Shown here: positions 8,145 to 16,013 of the stretch, piece after piece
Layout: each line of letters starts with the position of its first letter
Position numbering within the stretch: the first letter of the stretch is position 1
Program-made: the position numbers and the translations under genes
Notes under the pieces: generated by a model
The model's input: the letters and a program-made list of their open reading frames with translations, nothing else
Told to the model about the DNA's origin: nothing
The model's database searches: none
DNA from: an uncultured Candidatus Saccharibacteria bacterium
GTDB lineage: Bacteria; Patescibacteriota; Saccharimonadia; CAILAD01; GCA-016700035
Assembly: GCA_937996675.1 (NCBI GenBank)
Contig: CALKUN010000033.1
Span: 1 to 38,479 of the forward strand
DNA: 38,479 nucleotides
Direction of reading: 5' to 3'

Positions 8145-9633
8145 CGATAGTAAGGCTGTAATTCTTGCAAGAGTATCGTCAAAAGGACAGGAAGATGAAG
8201 GTTATTCACTAGACTCACAAATCAAATTACTTAAAAACTACGCTGAGAGTAAAGAACTCTGGGTAGCAGAAACATTTAAGATTACTGAAACAGCCTCCAA
8301 GTCATCACAGAGAAAAATTTTTAAGTTAGCAATGAAATATATTGCCGACCATGATATCAAGCACCTCATTATTGAGAAGGTGGATCGACATGTAAGAAAT
8401 TTGCATGATGCGGTAGAAACTCACGATTGGCTTGTTGCAGACGAGCATCGCCACGTCCACTTCGTGAAAGATAGTCTAATCATGCACAAAAACTCGCGAT
8501 CTCAAGAATGGCTAAACTGGGGCATACGCGTTGTAATGGCGAAGAACTATATTGATAACTTGCGCGAAGAAGCTATGAAGGGTTGGGCCGAGAAACTTGC
8601 CCAAGGATGGCTTCCAGCACCACCTCCGCCCGGATATCATACAGTCGTAAAAGATGGAAAACGAATCCATGAACCAAATCCGAAAACGTACCGAACCATG
8701 CAGAAAGCTTTTAAGCATTACCTGAGTCCGAGCGGAAGTATTGATTCAGTTGCCGAGCTAATGACTAAGTCGGGAATAGTAACACGCGGCGGACGTCCGT
8801 ATGCAAAAAGCGCAGTTCATAGACAGTTAAGTAATCCATTCTATATAGGTATAAACTTTTTTGATGGCAAGAGTTACCCAGGCAAGCAAACACCACTCAT
8901 TACTAAACGTATGTTTGATAAGGTTCAGGAAAAACTCCATGGCAAACGCAACCCTAAACAAAGACTACATAATCCTTTGTTTAAAAACATGATTGTTTGC
9001 GGTCACTGCAATAAGGTTGTTACTTGGCAAAAGCAGAAAGGCAAATACTACGGAGCGTGCCAGCGAGATCTACCTGAATGTAAACAAGAGAAATATTTGC
9101 GCGAGTCAGTCATACAAGAACAAGTGATAGACATGCTTGACGACCTGATAAGTCCATCTCAAATGGTAATTGCTTGGCTGACAGACCTTCTGAAGTCAGA
9201 TTTTAAATTGCAGTTAAGTGACACAGAGCAAGCTAAAGCTAATATCGAACATCGCATAGCTAAGATTAAGCGCATGGATGAGATGCTTTACGACGACAAG
9301 TTGAATGGCGATATATCGACCGACCGTTATCGTGAGAAACACGAGGCGTTTATGAGTGAAATTAAAGAGCTCAGTGAGCAGAAAGGAGGCATGAGTCAAG
9401 ACTACGAGGAGAGGTATATGGAAGGTATTACATTAATAGAGCTTACACAGTCAGCAAAACAGCAGTTTATTGACGATGAAGTCGAGGTCGACGAAAAACG
9501 AACTATTTTAACCGAACTTTTCGAAAAAATGGTACTTAAAGACGGATTTGTATCTGTTAAATACACTAAGCTAGCACAAGCAATAGCACGTAAAAGTGCT
9601 CAATCAAGGGAGATTTTAGCATATGGCAAATAA
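8134..9633 (+). CDS. large serine recombinase (integrase type)
   Basis: The N-terminal resolvase catalytic motif is AVILARVSSKGQ...GYSLDSQ. A recombinase domain follows, then a Cys-rich zinc-ribbon segment (CGHCNK...GACQ...C) and a C-terminal coiled-coil-like region. Confidence 0.9.
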   Translation: MKANDSKAVILARVSSKGQEDEGYSLDSQIKLLKNYAESKELWVAETFKITETASKSSQRKIFKLAMKYIADHDIKHLIIEKVDRHVRNLHDAVETHDWLVADEHRHVHFVKDSLIMHKNSRSQEWLNWGIRVVMAKNYIDNLREEAMKGWAEKLAQGWLPAPPPPGYHTVVKDGKRIHEPNPKTYRTMQKAFKHYLSPSGSIDSVAELMTKSGIVTRGGRPYAKSAVHRQLSNPFYIGINFFDGKSYPGKQTPLITKRMFDKVQEKLHGKRNPKQRLHNPLFKNMIVCGHCNKVVTWQKQKGKYYGACQRDLPECKQEKYLRESVIQEQVIDMLDDLISPSQMVIAWLTDLLKSDFKLQLSDTEQAKANIEHRIAKIKRMDEMLYDDKLNGDISTDRYREKHEAFMSEIKELSEQKGGMSQDYEERYMEGITLIELTQSAKQQFIDDEVEVDEKRTILTELFEKMVLKDGFVSVKYTKLAQAIARKSAQSREILAYGK

Positions 9634-9654
9634 CGTTAACCGAACCAATAAAAA

Positions 9655-9674
9655 TACCCCAAACAACAGGGGTA
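9655..9674. repeat. inverted repeat TACCCC-N8-GGGGTA between recombinase stop and tRNA
   Basis: Read directly from the sequence. It shares GGGGTAAATT with the 7331-7357 palindrome. Confidence 0.8.
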
Positions 9675-9715
9675 AATTAACTGAAAAAGAAAAATTTTTG
9701 CTTCTTCGTTCTGTT

Positions 9716-9792
9716 TGGCAGGGGTGGAGGGACTCGAACCCACGGCCTTTGGTTTTGGAGACCAACGCTCTAGCCAACTGAGCTACACCCCT
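9716..9792 (-). tRNA. trnW: tRNA-Trp (anticodon CCA), CCA end encoded
   Basis: The reverse complement folds by hand into a cloverleaf. The acceptor stem AGGGGTG/CACCCCT has 7 bp. The D arm is GCTC/GAGC. The anticodon stem is TTGGT/ACCAA with loop CTCCAAA. The T arm is GTGGG-TTCGAGT-CCCTC with one U-U mismatch. The discriminator is G, followed by CCA. Confidence 0.9.
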
Positions 9793-9879
9793 GTAGAACC
9801 TCATAATTATAGCAAACATTGATAAATCCGAAGAATGTAGCGAAAATTCATAGACTTTGATAGGATAAGCATAATCATT

Positions 9880-10392
9880 ATGAACCGCCAGATATCCCAG
9901 CCAGATAGCTCTCGTCGAGGATTTACCCTCATCGAAATCGTTATTGTCCTCGCAATCGCAGCGATCATTATCGTCGTAGTATTCCTAGCTGTTACCGGCG
10001 CCCAGAAATCAAGCCGAGATAATGAACGAAAAGCCTACGCTCGGTTACTATACACGGCTGTCTATACTTTTATGGGGAATAATGGGGGAAGTACGGCGGC
10101 CCTTGATACAGCAACCTTACTAGACTACGTAGGCAGGAATAAAAAAGTGCTTGGACAATCTGTCGTCGCAGTAGACTTGGATGCACCTGATGGGGGCGGG
10201 CTACCGGATGGAGTCAGCGTAACATTTAGGAATGGGGCGCTAGATACAGATCCTGTCACCGAGAATGGTGACGCCTGCACGGTATTAGGTGCGAACTATG
10301 CTTGGTTTAACGTAGCGATTCCTCAAAACTCGAGCGCTCCAAGTGTGGGCGTCTGTCTAGAAACCTCCCAAACCTACTTTGTTACGAAGTAA
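9880..10392 (+). CDS. type IV pilin-like / pseudopilin protein
   Basis: It has the prepilin cleavage/methylation motif RRGFTLIEIVIVLAIAAIIIVVVF after a short basic leader. Confidence 0.8.
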   Translation: MNRQISQPDSSRRGFTLIEIVIVLAIAAIIIVVVFLAVTGAQKSSRDNERKAYARLLYTAVYTFMGNNGGSTAALDTATLLDYVGRNKKVLGQSVVAVDLDAPDGGGLPDGVSVTFRNGALDTDPVTENGDACTVLGANYAWFNVAIPQNSSAPSVGVCLETSQTYFVTK

Positions 10393-10467
10393 CGCTAATA
10401 TTCTAGATATCCCTCGAACATCATCGAGTACGCAGGGTATACAATAGATACATAATAGGAGACAGCA

Positions 10468-10896
10468 ATGACAGACCATGACAAGCAAGTCTATATTCTT
10501 GATATTGAAGAAGCTACTACGAGCAATACGAATTTTCGTACCACCCTCTGGACTGGTGAACATACACAGCTGACCGTCATGTCTGTGAAGCCCGGCGAAG
10601 AGATCGGACTCGAGGTACACCACGTTGATCAGTTTTTACGTGTCGAAGCAGGCGAAGCAACTATCTTCACAGGACCAAGCGAGGATGCTGTATCTGAGCA
10701 CGGTAAAGTATCGGCTGACATGGCCATCCTCGTACCAGCCGGCACATGGCACAACTTCGTGAATAACGGCACCGAGGATCTCAAGCTCTACTCACTCTAC
10801 AGTCCAGCCGAACATGATCCGGGTACCATACACGTCACGAAGGCAGAAGCCGATGCCGCCGAGGCAGAGGAACACGCCAAGCCTACTGATCAATGA
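10468..10896 (+). CDS. cupin domain protein
   Basis: Cupin motifs G-x5-H-x-H (GLEVHHVDQ) and P-x-G-x2-H-x3-N (VPAGTWHNFVN) are present. Confidence 0.75.
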   Translation: MTDHDKQVYILDIEEATTSNTNFRTTLWTGEHTQLTVMSVKPGEEIGLEVHHVDQFLRVEAGEATIFTGPSEDAVSEHGKVSADMAILVPAGTWHNFVNNGTEDLKLYSLYSPAEHDPGTIHVTKAEADAAEAEEHAKPTDQ

Positions 10897-11336
10897 GCGA
10901 GCGCTCAGGACCTGAAGGCCGCGAATCAGGTCCGAACAGCGACGATACGCCAGTCAAACTCCGAGACAGTCTTCTCGATATCCAAGCAGACACCCAGCAA
11001 CGGCTGGCCGAAGAAGATGGCGCTGAAGCAACTGCAGAAGTCATTGAAGCTCCTGAAAACGACACTAATGCAGTAGAACAGCCGAAAGCGAGCACAATGG
11101 AAGTACCCTACGCAGCGCCCATGCCACCCGCTGCTGCACCACCAATCACTCTAGTTGCAGCTCCTGCCGAAGTTAAGTCTGCGGCTTTGAGTGGTGTCGG
11201 CGGCAAGGCAGGGCGAGGTGCGGTTACAGTACTAGGCGGAATCGGAATTGCAATTATGTCTATCCTTGGCCTTGCAGGGAAAATGGCTAAAGAGCTCCTC
11301 TTGCCAAGCAATAACTCACAATCCAAACGAAAGTAG
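10893..11336 (+). CDS. hypothetical Ala/Pro-rich protein with C-terminal membrane anchor
   Basis: It has an ATGA overlap with the cupin gene. The N-terminal half is acidic and looks disordered. The hydrophobic segment VTVLGGIGIAIMSILGLAG lies near the C-terminus. Confidence 0.55.
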   Translation: MSERSGPEGRESGPNSDDTPVKLRDSLLDIQADTQQRLAEEDGAEATAEVIEAPENDTNAVEQPKASTMEVPYAAPMPPAAAPPITLVAAPAEVKSAALSGVGGKAGRGAVTVLGGIGIAIMSILGLAGKMAKELLLPSNNSQSKRK

Positions 11337-11351
11337 TCTGACAGCGCAACC

Positions 11352-11386
11352 AAAAACGACTCTTGCTCGGTGGCAGAGTCGTTTTT
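11352..11386. terminator. bidirectional intrinsic terminator between convergent genes
   Basis: AAAAACGACTCT-N11-AGAGTCGTTTTT has A- and T-tracts on both sides. Confidence 0.7.
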
Positions 11387-11403
11387 AGTTGCGCAAGAGG
11401 GTA

Positions 11404-11865
11404 TTAGGCCTCGGCTCGACCGAGCTTGGCTGAGATAAGCACACTACGTGTCTCGCCGTCACGATCAACAATCTTTGTCTGCTGCGTCTGGTCGTAGTAG
11501 AGGACCAAGTGCTGGCTGAGGATCTCATTGATGTCCTTCAGCTTCAGCCGATAGTCATCGAGGTCTGCAGTGAGTGACTGATAGTCCTTGTCTTCTGCGA
11601 GAAGCGTCTTCGTGACAGATCGCTTCTTTGTCAGCTCTTTGATCTGATCGCTAATCTCACGATATTCATCGTTCTGATCTAGGACATCCTTGAGCTGTTC
11701 ACGAATATCGCGAGTTTTTTCGCGAGTTTCGGCCGCCTCTACTGTTAGTCTGTGAATTGTTTCGAGTGTTGAGCTCGTGTCTTTATTTGGTGTTGCTTCT
11801 GCGCTATCTGGTTGGGGTGATTGTGTTGTTTCCATATTGAAATCCAGTCTAGCACATTTTGACAA
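11404..11865 (-). CDS. hypothetical coiled-coil protein
   Basis: A charged, heptad-like sequence. An alternative start is the ATG at 11835 (METTQSP...). Confidence 0.6.
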   Translation of the reverse strand: MSKCARLDFNMETTQSPQPDSAEATPNKDTSSTLETIHRLTVEAAETREKTRDIREQLKDVLDQNDEYREISDQIKELTKKRSVTKTLLAEDKDYQSLTADLDDYRLKLKDINEILSQHLVLYYDQTQQTKIVDRDGETRSVLISAKLGRAEA

Positions 11866-12043
11866 AGTGCCAATGCTAGAGCTAAACTATTTAGTAATGA
11901 GTAAGTAGGTAACATATCTAACCCAGCTGAACCCACAGGAGGTGGTGTCGCTGGCGATTTTTTTCTACTCAGCCATGTAGCCAAGGCAGCCCAAAAAAAA
12001 AGTAATTATTAGCACGATCTTTATGTTCGAAAGGAAACCAAAA

Positions 12044-13801
12044 ATGCCCTCAGCAAGCAAGACAACACAAAAATCCTCAGCCAAGGCAGCACCGCAGACG
12101 GCTTTCCGAAAGTGGGGCAAGCTCGTAGTCATCGCTCTTGCGGTCGCAATTATTATCATCGACACGACACTCCTCAACGTCAGTCTTCGTAACATCGTCG
12201 AAGACCTAAACTCAAACTTTACCGACATTCAGTGGGTCATCACTCTGTACACACTCGTTCTCTCGGCCTTCACGATTACGGGTGGTCGTCTCGGTGACCT
12301 CTATGGTCGCAAGAAGATGTTCATGCTCGGTGCAGTCCTGTTCGCGATCGGTAGCTTCGTCGCATCCATTTCTCACAACATCGGCATGCTCCTCGTAGGG
12401 GAGTCAATCGTCGAAGGCATCGGCGCAGCTCTCATGATGCCGGCAGCTGCTTCACTCATCCTGACAAACTACGAGGGTAAGGATCGTGCTGTTGCCTTTG
12501 CAATCTTCGGTGCGATCGCCGGTGCGTCCAGTGCATTGGGGCCGATTCTCGGTGGCTGGCTCACCAGCTCATTCTCATGGCGTTGGGGCTTCCGTATCAA
12601 CATCGCAGTCGTTATCGTTCTCTTGATCGGCTCTGCACTCATTAAGGAGAGTAAGGACCTCGGCGAGAAGAAAGAGCTCGACCTTGTTGGCGTCGGACTC
12701 ACTTCTGTCGGTCTGCTTTCGCTAGTCTTCGGTATTATCGAAAGCTCAAGCTATGGCTGGTGGCGCGCACTCAAGCCATGGACACTCGGCAGCTTTACCT
12801 TCGACTTCTTCGGCCTCTCGATCACACCTGTAGCTATTGGACTTGGACTTCTTTTGCTCGGTATCTTCGTCTGGGATCAACTCCGTCGAGAAGCCAAGGG
12901 ACACACTCCACTCGTCAGTATGCGTATGTTCAAGAACCGCCAGTTCGTCAGCGGTATGCTCGTCAACACCGCACTCTCGCTCACTATGACTGGTCTGATC
13001 TTCGTCTTCCCAATCTACTACCAGTCAGTCCACGGACTGGATGCCTTCCACACCGGCCTGTCCCTCTTCCCGTTGTCCCTCACGGTCTTCATCATCTCGC
13101 CACTATCGCTCTTCATCGCACGCAAGGCTCGCCCGAAGACAATGATCATCGCTGGGCTCGTCCTCACATCTCTCGCACTTCTCACTATGATCTTCATGCT
13201 CAAGCCTGACTCACCAGCCTCAGTGCTCCTCCCAGGTCTGGTCCTGTTCGGAGCGGGTATGGGCCTCATCTTCAGCCAAGTAAACAACCTCGCACTCTCA
13301 GCCGTCAGTGCAGACCTCGCCGGAGAAGCCAGTGGAGTAAACAACACTATGCGTCAGGTCGGAGCTAGCTTCGGAGCCGCCATCATAGGCGCTGCACTCT
13401 TCACGAGTATTGCCGGTACGATTACCGCAAATATCCAGTCAGACATACAGATCCCAGATCGCGTAAAGCCCCAGATCATCGAGCAGGCTAAGACTGCCGC
13501 ACAAGATGGTGGCATGAGTAGCAACAGCGACAAGCAAGAGCTTCCTCAAGAGGTAAAGACCCTCCTTCAAAACGCCCCAGCCTCACAACGAACGATGATC
13601 ATCGACACCTACCAGAGACAGCAGCAGAAGATTGGCGCCGCTGTGAAGACCGATGTGAAGAACGGCATCACCGAGTCGATCAAGAATACTCTCTGGATTG
13701 CGTTCGGCTTCAGTGTTCTGAGTATCGTAGCTGGCTTCAGCATCCCGAACATCGAGTCTATGATGAAGGATGGACCAGCCAAGGCACCGACCGTTCATTA
13801 A
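12044..13801 (+). CDS. MFS transporter, DHA2 (EmrB/QacA-like, 14-TMS) family
   Basis: MFS motif A is GGRLGDLYGRKKMF. There are about 14 hydrophobic segments and a hydrophilic insert before the last helix. The ATG at 12044 has AAAGGAAA upstream, and the ORF-track start at 12023 is the alternative. Confidence 0.85.
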   Translation: MPSASKTTQKSSAKAAPQTAFRKWGKLVVIALAVAIIIIDTTLLNVSLRNIVEDLNSNFTDIQWVITLYTLVLSAFTITGGRLGDLYGRKKMFMLGAVLFAIGSFVASISHNIGMLLVGESIVEGIGAALMMPAAASLILTNYEGKDRAVAFAIFGAIAGASSALGPILGGWLTSSFSWRWGFRINIAVVIVLLIGSALIKESKDLGEKKELDLVGVGLTSVGLLSLVFGIIESSSYGWWRALKPWTLGSFTFDFFGLSITPVAIGLGLLLLGIFVWDQLRREAKGHTPLVSMRMFKNRQFVSGMLVNTALSLTMTGLIFVFPIYYQSVHGLDAFHTGLSLFPLSLTVFIISPLSLFIARKARPKTMIIAGLVLTSLALLTMIFMLKPDSPASVLLPGLVLFGAGMGLIFSQVNNLALSAVSADLAGEASGVNNTMRQVGASFGAAIIGAALFTSIAGTITANIQSDIQIPDRVKPQIIEQAKTAAQDGGMSSNSDKQELPQEVKTLLQNAPASQRTMIIDTYQRQQQKIGAAVKTDVKNGITESIKNTLWIAFGFSVLSIVAGFSIPNIESMMKDGPAKAPTVH

Positions 13802-13854
13802 GAATCGTATGATTCTTCACACACTTCTCGCCTCAAACATGGTACGGTAACCAT

Positions 13855-14076
13855 ATGAGACTCGTTTTCAAACATATCAAACGCGGTGTTGTCCTACTCG
13901 TAGGCAGCACCGTTCTGATTATCGGCGCCCTGATGATCGTACTCCCAGGGCCGGGCATCCCAGTGCTCATCGTCGGCTTTGCGATACTCGCGACCGAGTT
14001 TGTGTGGGCCGAGCGAATAGTTGAGCGACTACGTAAGTACTGGGATGAGACTATCGCACGGCTGAAGAAATCATAA
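13855..14076 (+). CDS. PGPGW-motif small membrane protein
   Basis: It has two hydrophobic helices with LPGPGIPVLIVGFAILATEFVWAER. Confidence 0.65.
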   Translation: MRLVFKHIKRGVVLLVGSTVLIIGALMIVLPGPGIPVLIVGFAILATEFVWAERIVERLRKYWDETIARLKKS

Positions 14077-14195
14077 GTACTTCGTAATAGCGCTTTTACT
14101 TAGGTAGAATACTACGACATAAGCATTTGATCTCGTGATAGTGCTTGAGAGATACAGCGTTTCAGAATATGTAACTTCAATCTTTTAAAAAACTA

Positions 14196-14225
14196 TTGAC
14201 GAAAAGTTTTATCGACCTGTATACC
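14196..14225 (+). promoter_or_regulatory. candidate sigma70-type promoter for the peptide/ABC operon
   Basis: TTGACG-18 nt-TATACC with an A-rich tract upstream, 33 nt before the GTG at 14258. Confidence 0.3.
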
Positions 14226-14257
14226 TGGGCTATCACTAATTCAGGGAGGGATACATC

Positions 14258-14452
14258 GTGAACGGGTTGATCACATTAGATGACACAGCGCAATACGCAA
14301 CTAAAGAAGTAGCCATACTCGTCGTAGCGGCTGCTTTTGTCATTTCACTAGCTGGAGTTGCTGCTGCTGCCTACATCATCTGTGGCTGGAAGGGTGCTAA
14401 AAACGTCGTAATGGATTTTGTGCACGGTAAAGCAACGTTTGTCTGCCGGTAA
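14258..14452 (+). CDS. 64-aa hydrophobic peptide (candidate precursor, immunity or substrate peptide)
   Basis: A GTG start lies 7 nt after AGGGAGGG. The peptide has an acidic 17-aa N-terminus, a 27-aa Ala/Val/Ile core (VAILVVAAAFVISLAGVAAAAYIICGW) and a basic 20-aa tail with a second Cys. Its stop lies 12 nt before the next start. Confidence 0.55.
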   Translation: MNGLITLDDTAQYATKEVAILVVAAAFVISLAGVAAAAYIICGWKGAKNVVMDFVHGKATFVCR

Positions 14453-14464
14453 AGGAGTAGCAGG

Positions 14465-15298
14465 GTGCTCATACTCAGTAATCATGACACTATCGAGCTA
14501 GGCTACGGCTACACTATTGAATCAACGCACCTGGTTGATTCAATAGTGGCCGCACGGCATAAGCTCGATAGTCGCATCGTGAATATACTGCGGAGCCTCA
14601 AGCTGCAACCGATGGCCTACCGCGATCTTGTCGGTAAGCTTGAAGAACAAGAGATAGATAGAGCACAAGGGGAAGGCCTTATTCTTACGCTGAATTCAAT
14701 AGGTGCTTTGAAGATACGGCGCAGAATAGGAGCAGTCAAAGAGCGAGCCATGCTTACTACTCGTGCCCTTCTTCTTCATCGAAAGATAACTGCGGTCCAG
14801 CAGAGAGACCGGACCAACTTTTACTCGCTCGTCCTGGCACTCAGTAGGGCGACAGGATTCCTGCTCTTGCTCTGGTGTTTTGCATGCAGTCTGGTCGTCG
14901 CAATCGGGACTATTTCAATGTCATACTTTATTGCACTCAGTGTCGGTGCTTACGTCACGCTTTTGATAAGTCTTATTTGCCACGAATACGCGCACGTGAT
15001 GATATTAGGGGAAGCCAAGAAAACATCAGCCATCGTTCGTAATGGCTGGAGAATTGGCATACTTCACGAGCAGCAATCCGCTCAAAGGGAGCTATTTTCT
15101 GCAGTATTGGGACCACTGGCCGGCGCGTTAACTGCGCTCGGTCTATGCACTCTGCTGCATACCATCACTCATGAGCCCGTATGGCTGGCTATTGGTTGGG
15201 TTTTTGTTGGCTGCCACTTCCTGAGTCTCCTGCCGAGCTTCGGTGATGGCTGGACAATCGTACGAGCATTTGAGAAAGGAGCCGCACGTGATATTTGA
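14465..15298 (+). CDS. membrane metalloprotease, M50 (site-2 protease)-like, with an N-terminal PqqD/RRE-like cytoplasmic domain
   Basis: A GTG start lies 7 nt after AAAGGAG. HEYAH sits inside a hydrophobic helix (LICHEYAHVMILG), and a downstream LLPSFGDGW resembles the M50 NxxPxxxLDG motif. The N-terminal ~110 aa (HKLDSRIVNILRSLKLQPMAYRDLVGKLEEQEIDRAQGEGLILTLNSIGAL) fits a PqqD-like winged-helix pattern by eye. Confidence 0.7.
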   Translation: MLILSNHDTIELGYGYTIESTHLVDSIVAARHKLDSRIVNILRSLKLQPMAYRDLVGKLEEQEIDRAQGEGLILTLNSIGALKIRRRIGAVKERAMLTTRALLLHRKITAVQQRDRTNFYSLVLALSRATGFLLLLWCFACSLVVAIGTISMSYFIALSVGAYVTLLISLICHEYAHVMILGEAKKTSAIVRNGWRIGILHEQQSAQRELFSAVLGPLAGALTALGLCTLLHTITHEPVWLAIGWVFVGCHFLSLLPSFGDGWTIVRAFEKGAARDI

Positions 15299-16013
15299 AG
15301 TAGAGCAGCTCAAGTATCATCATTCGTCAACCTTTCAGCTTGAGGTTGAGCGAATGACAGTATCTGCAGGAGAACTCATATGTATAGTTGGCCCAAATGG
15401 AAGTGGCAAAACAACCTTCCTCAATAATCTAAGTGGCATAACGCTCCCGCAGCATGGACGCGTCAGTCTGATGGGAATTCCAATGAGCCCTAACCTAGCG
15501 CTCATCAAGCGTAATCTAGGATACATCCCTGATGATGACAACTGGTTTGTGTCCGAGCTAACGGCTCGTGAATACTTAGTACTCCTTGAAAAAGTCTACG
15601 CCAAGGCTGGATGCTACGTGAACATGCATCGACGCGCAAAACAATTAGCTCAGGCTCTAAAATTCATACTTTGGGACCAGCCACTCATGACGCTCAGTCA
15701 CGGCAATAAGCGAAAGGTGCAAATCATAGCCGGGCTCATGCATCAGCCAAAAGGTATTATTATTGACGAGCTCAGAAATGGCCTTGATCCACTCGCAGTT
15801 ATTGCCGCTGAACACATTATTCTTGAAGAAGTAGAACGCGGAGCGGCGGTTATTACAGCCTCCCACGATCTATGGTGGGCTGAACGATTGGCCCAAAAAA
15901 TCATTCTCCTCAACGAGGGTAAGATTGCCCATGAGCTCATTCCCGACCAGCTACGCAAGAAAGGGAAGTCGGTTGAATCAATATTTATCGAGATGGTGGA
16001 GCAGACAGCATGA
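15288..16013 (+). CDS. ABC transporter ATP-binding protein
   Basis: Walker A is GPNGSGKTT, the signature is LSHGNKRKV and Walker B is IIIDE. The GTG at 15288 lies 7 nt after AAAGGAG, so it is preferred over the ORF-track start at 15243. Confidence 0.9.
   Translation: MIFEVEQLKYHHSSTFQLEVERMTVSAGELICIVGPNGSGKTTFLNNLSGITLPQHGRVSLMGIPMSPNLALIKRNLGYIPDDDNWFVSELTAREYLVLLEKVYAKAGCYVNMHRRAKQLAQALKFILWDQPLMTLSHGNKRKVQIIAGLMHQPKGIIIDELRNGLDPLAVIAAEHIILEEVERGAAVITASHDLWWAERLAQKIILLNEGKIAHELIPDQLRKKGKSVESIFIEMVEQTA

Larger units (their letters stand above)
1..9715. mobile_element. AT-rich integrative element or genomic island (right-hand part; left end is outside the window or undefined)
   Basis: Sampled lines give roughly 28-42% G+C here against 50-58% right of 9.9 kb. 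The region carries a large serine recombinase at its right edge plus replication-relaxation-like, DUF3768-like and RHH genes. It abuts a tRNA gene. Confidence 0.6.

Noticed and set aside
9716-9792. Idea that the serine recombinase integrated into the tRNA-Trp gene itself.
   Set aside because: The tRNA is intact with a full acceptor stem and CCA. No duplicated tRNA 3-prime fragment is visible in the window. tRNA targeting is typical of tyrosine integrases, not serine integrases, so adjacency alone is not enough.
9616-9819. A 67-aa minus-strand ORF covering the tRNA region.
   Set aside because: It overlaps a well-folding tRNA-Trp and so is an artefact of ORF calling.
11866-12043. Possible riboswitch or leader upstream of the MFS transporter. 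It would be a ~135-nt UTR after a TTGACA-18-TAAACT promoter-like site at 11859-11888, with a small TCGC/GCGA hairpin plus T-tract at about 11950-11967.
   Set aside because: The hairpin has only a 4-bp stem, and I recognise no conserved riboswitch core. The evidence is too weak to call a feature.
14258-14452. Calling the 64-aa peptide a circular bacteriocin precursor. The grounds would be its size, its Ala-rich helices reminiscent of uberolysin or AS-48-type peptides, and the ABC genes nearby.
   Set aside because: It has only one hydrophobic stretch, not the 4-5 amphipathic helices of that family. No DUF95/SpoIIM-like gene is present. The resemblance is anecdotal, so it is kept only as a generic candidate peptide.
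15243-15287. The longer ORF-track starts for the ABC ATPase (15243), the small membrane protein (17250), L1 (31979), the nucleotidyltransferase (33043), DHFR (35631) and the 21389 ORF.
   Set aside because: In each case a downstream start codon has a proper Shine-Dalgarno sequence or forms an ATGA/GTGA coupling overlap. The extra N-terminal residues lie inside the preceding gene or lack any similarity to the family.
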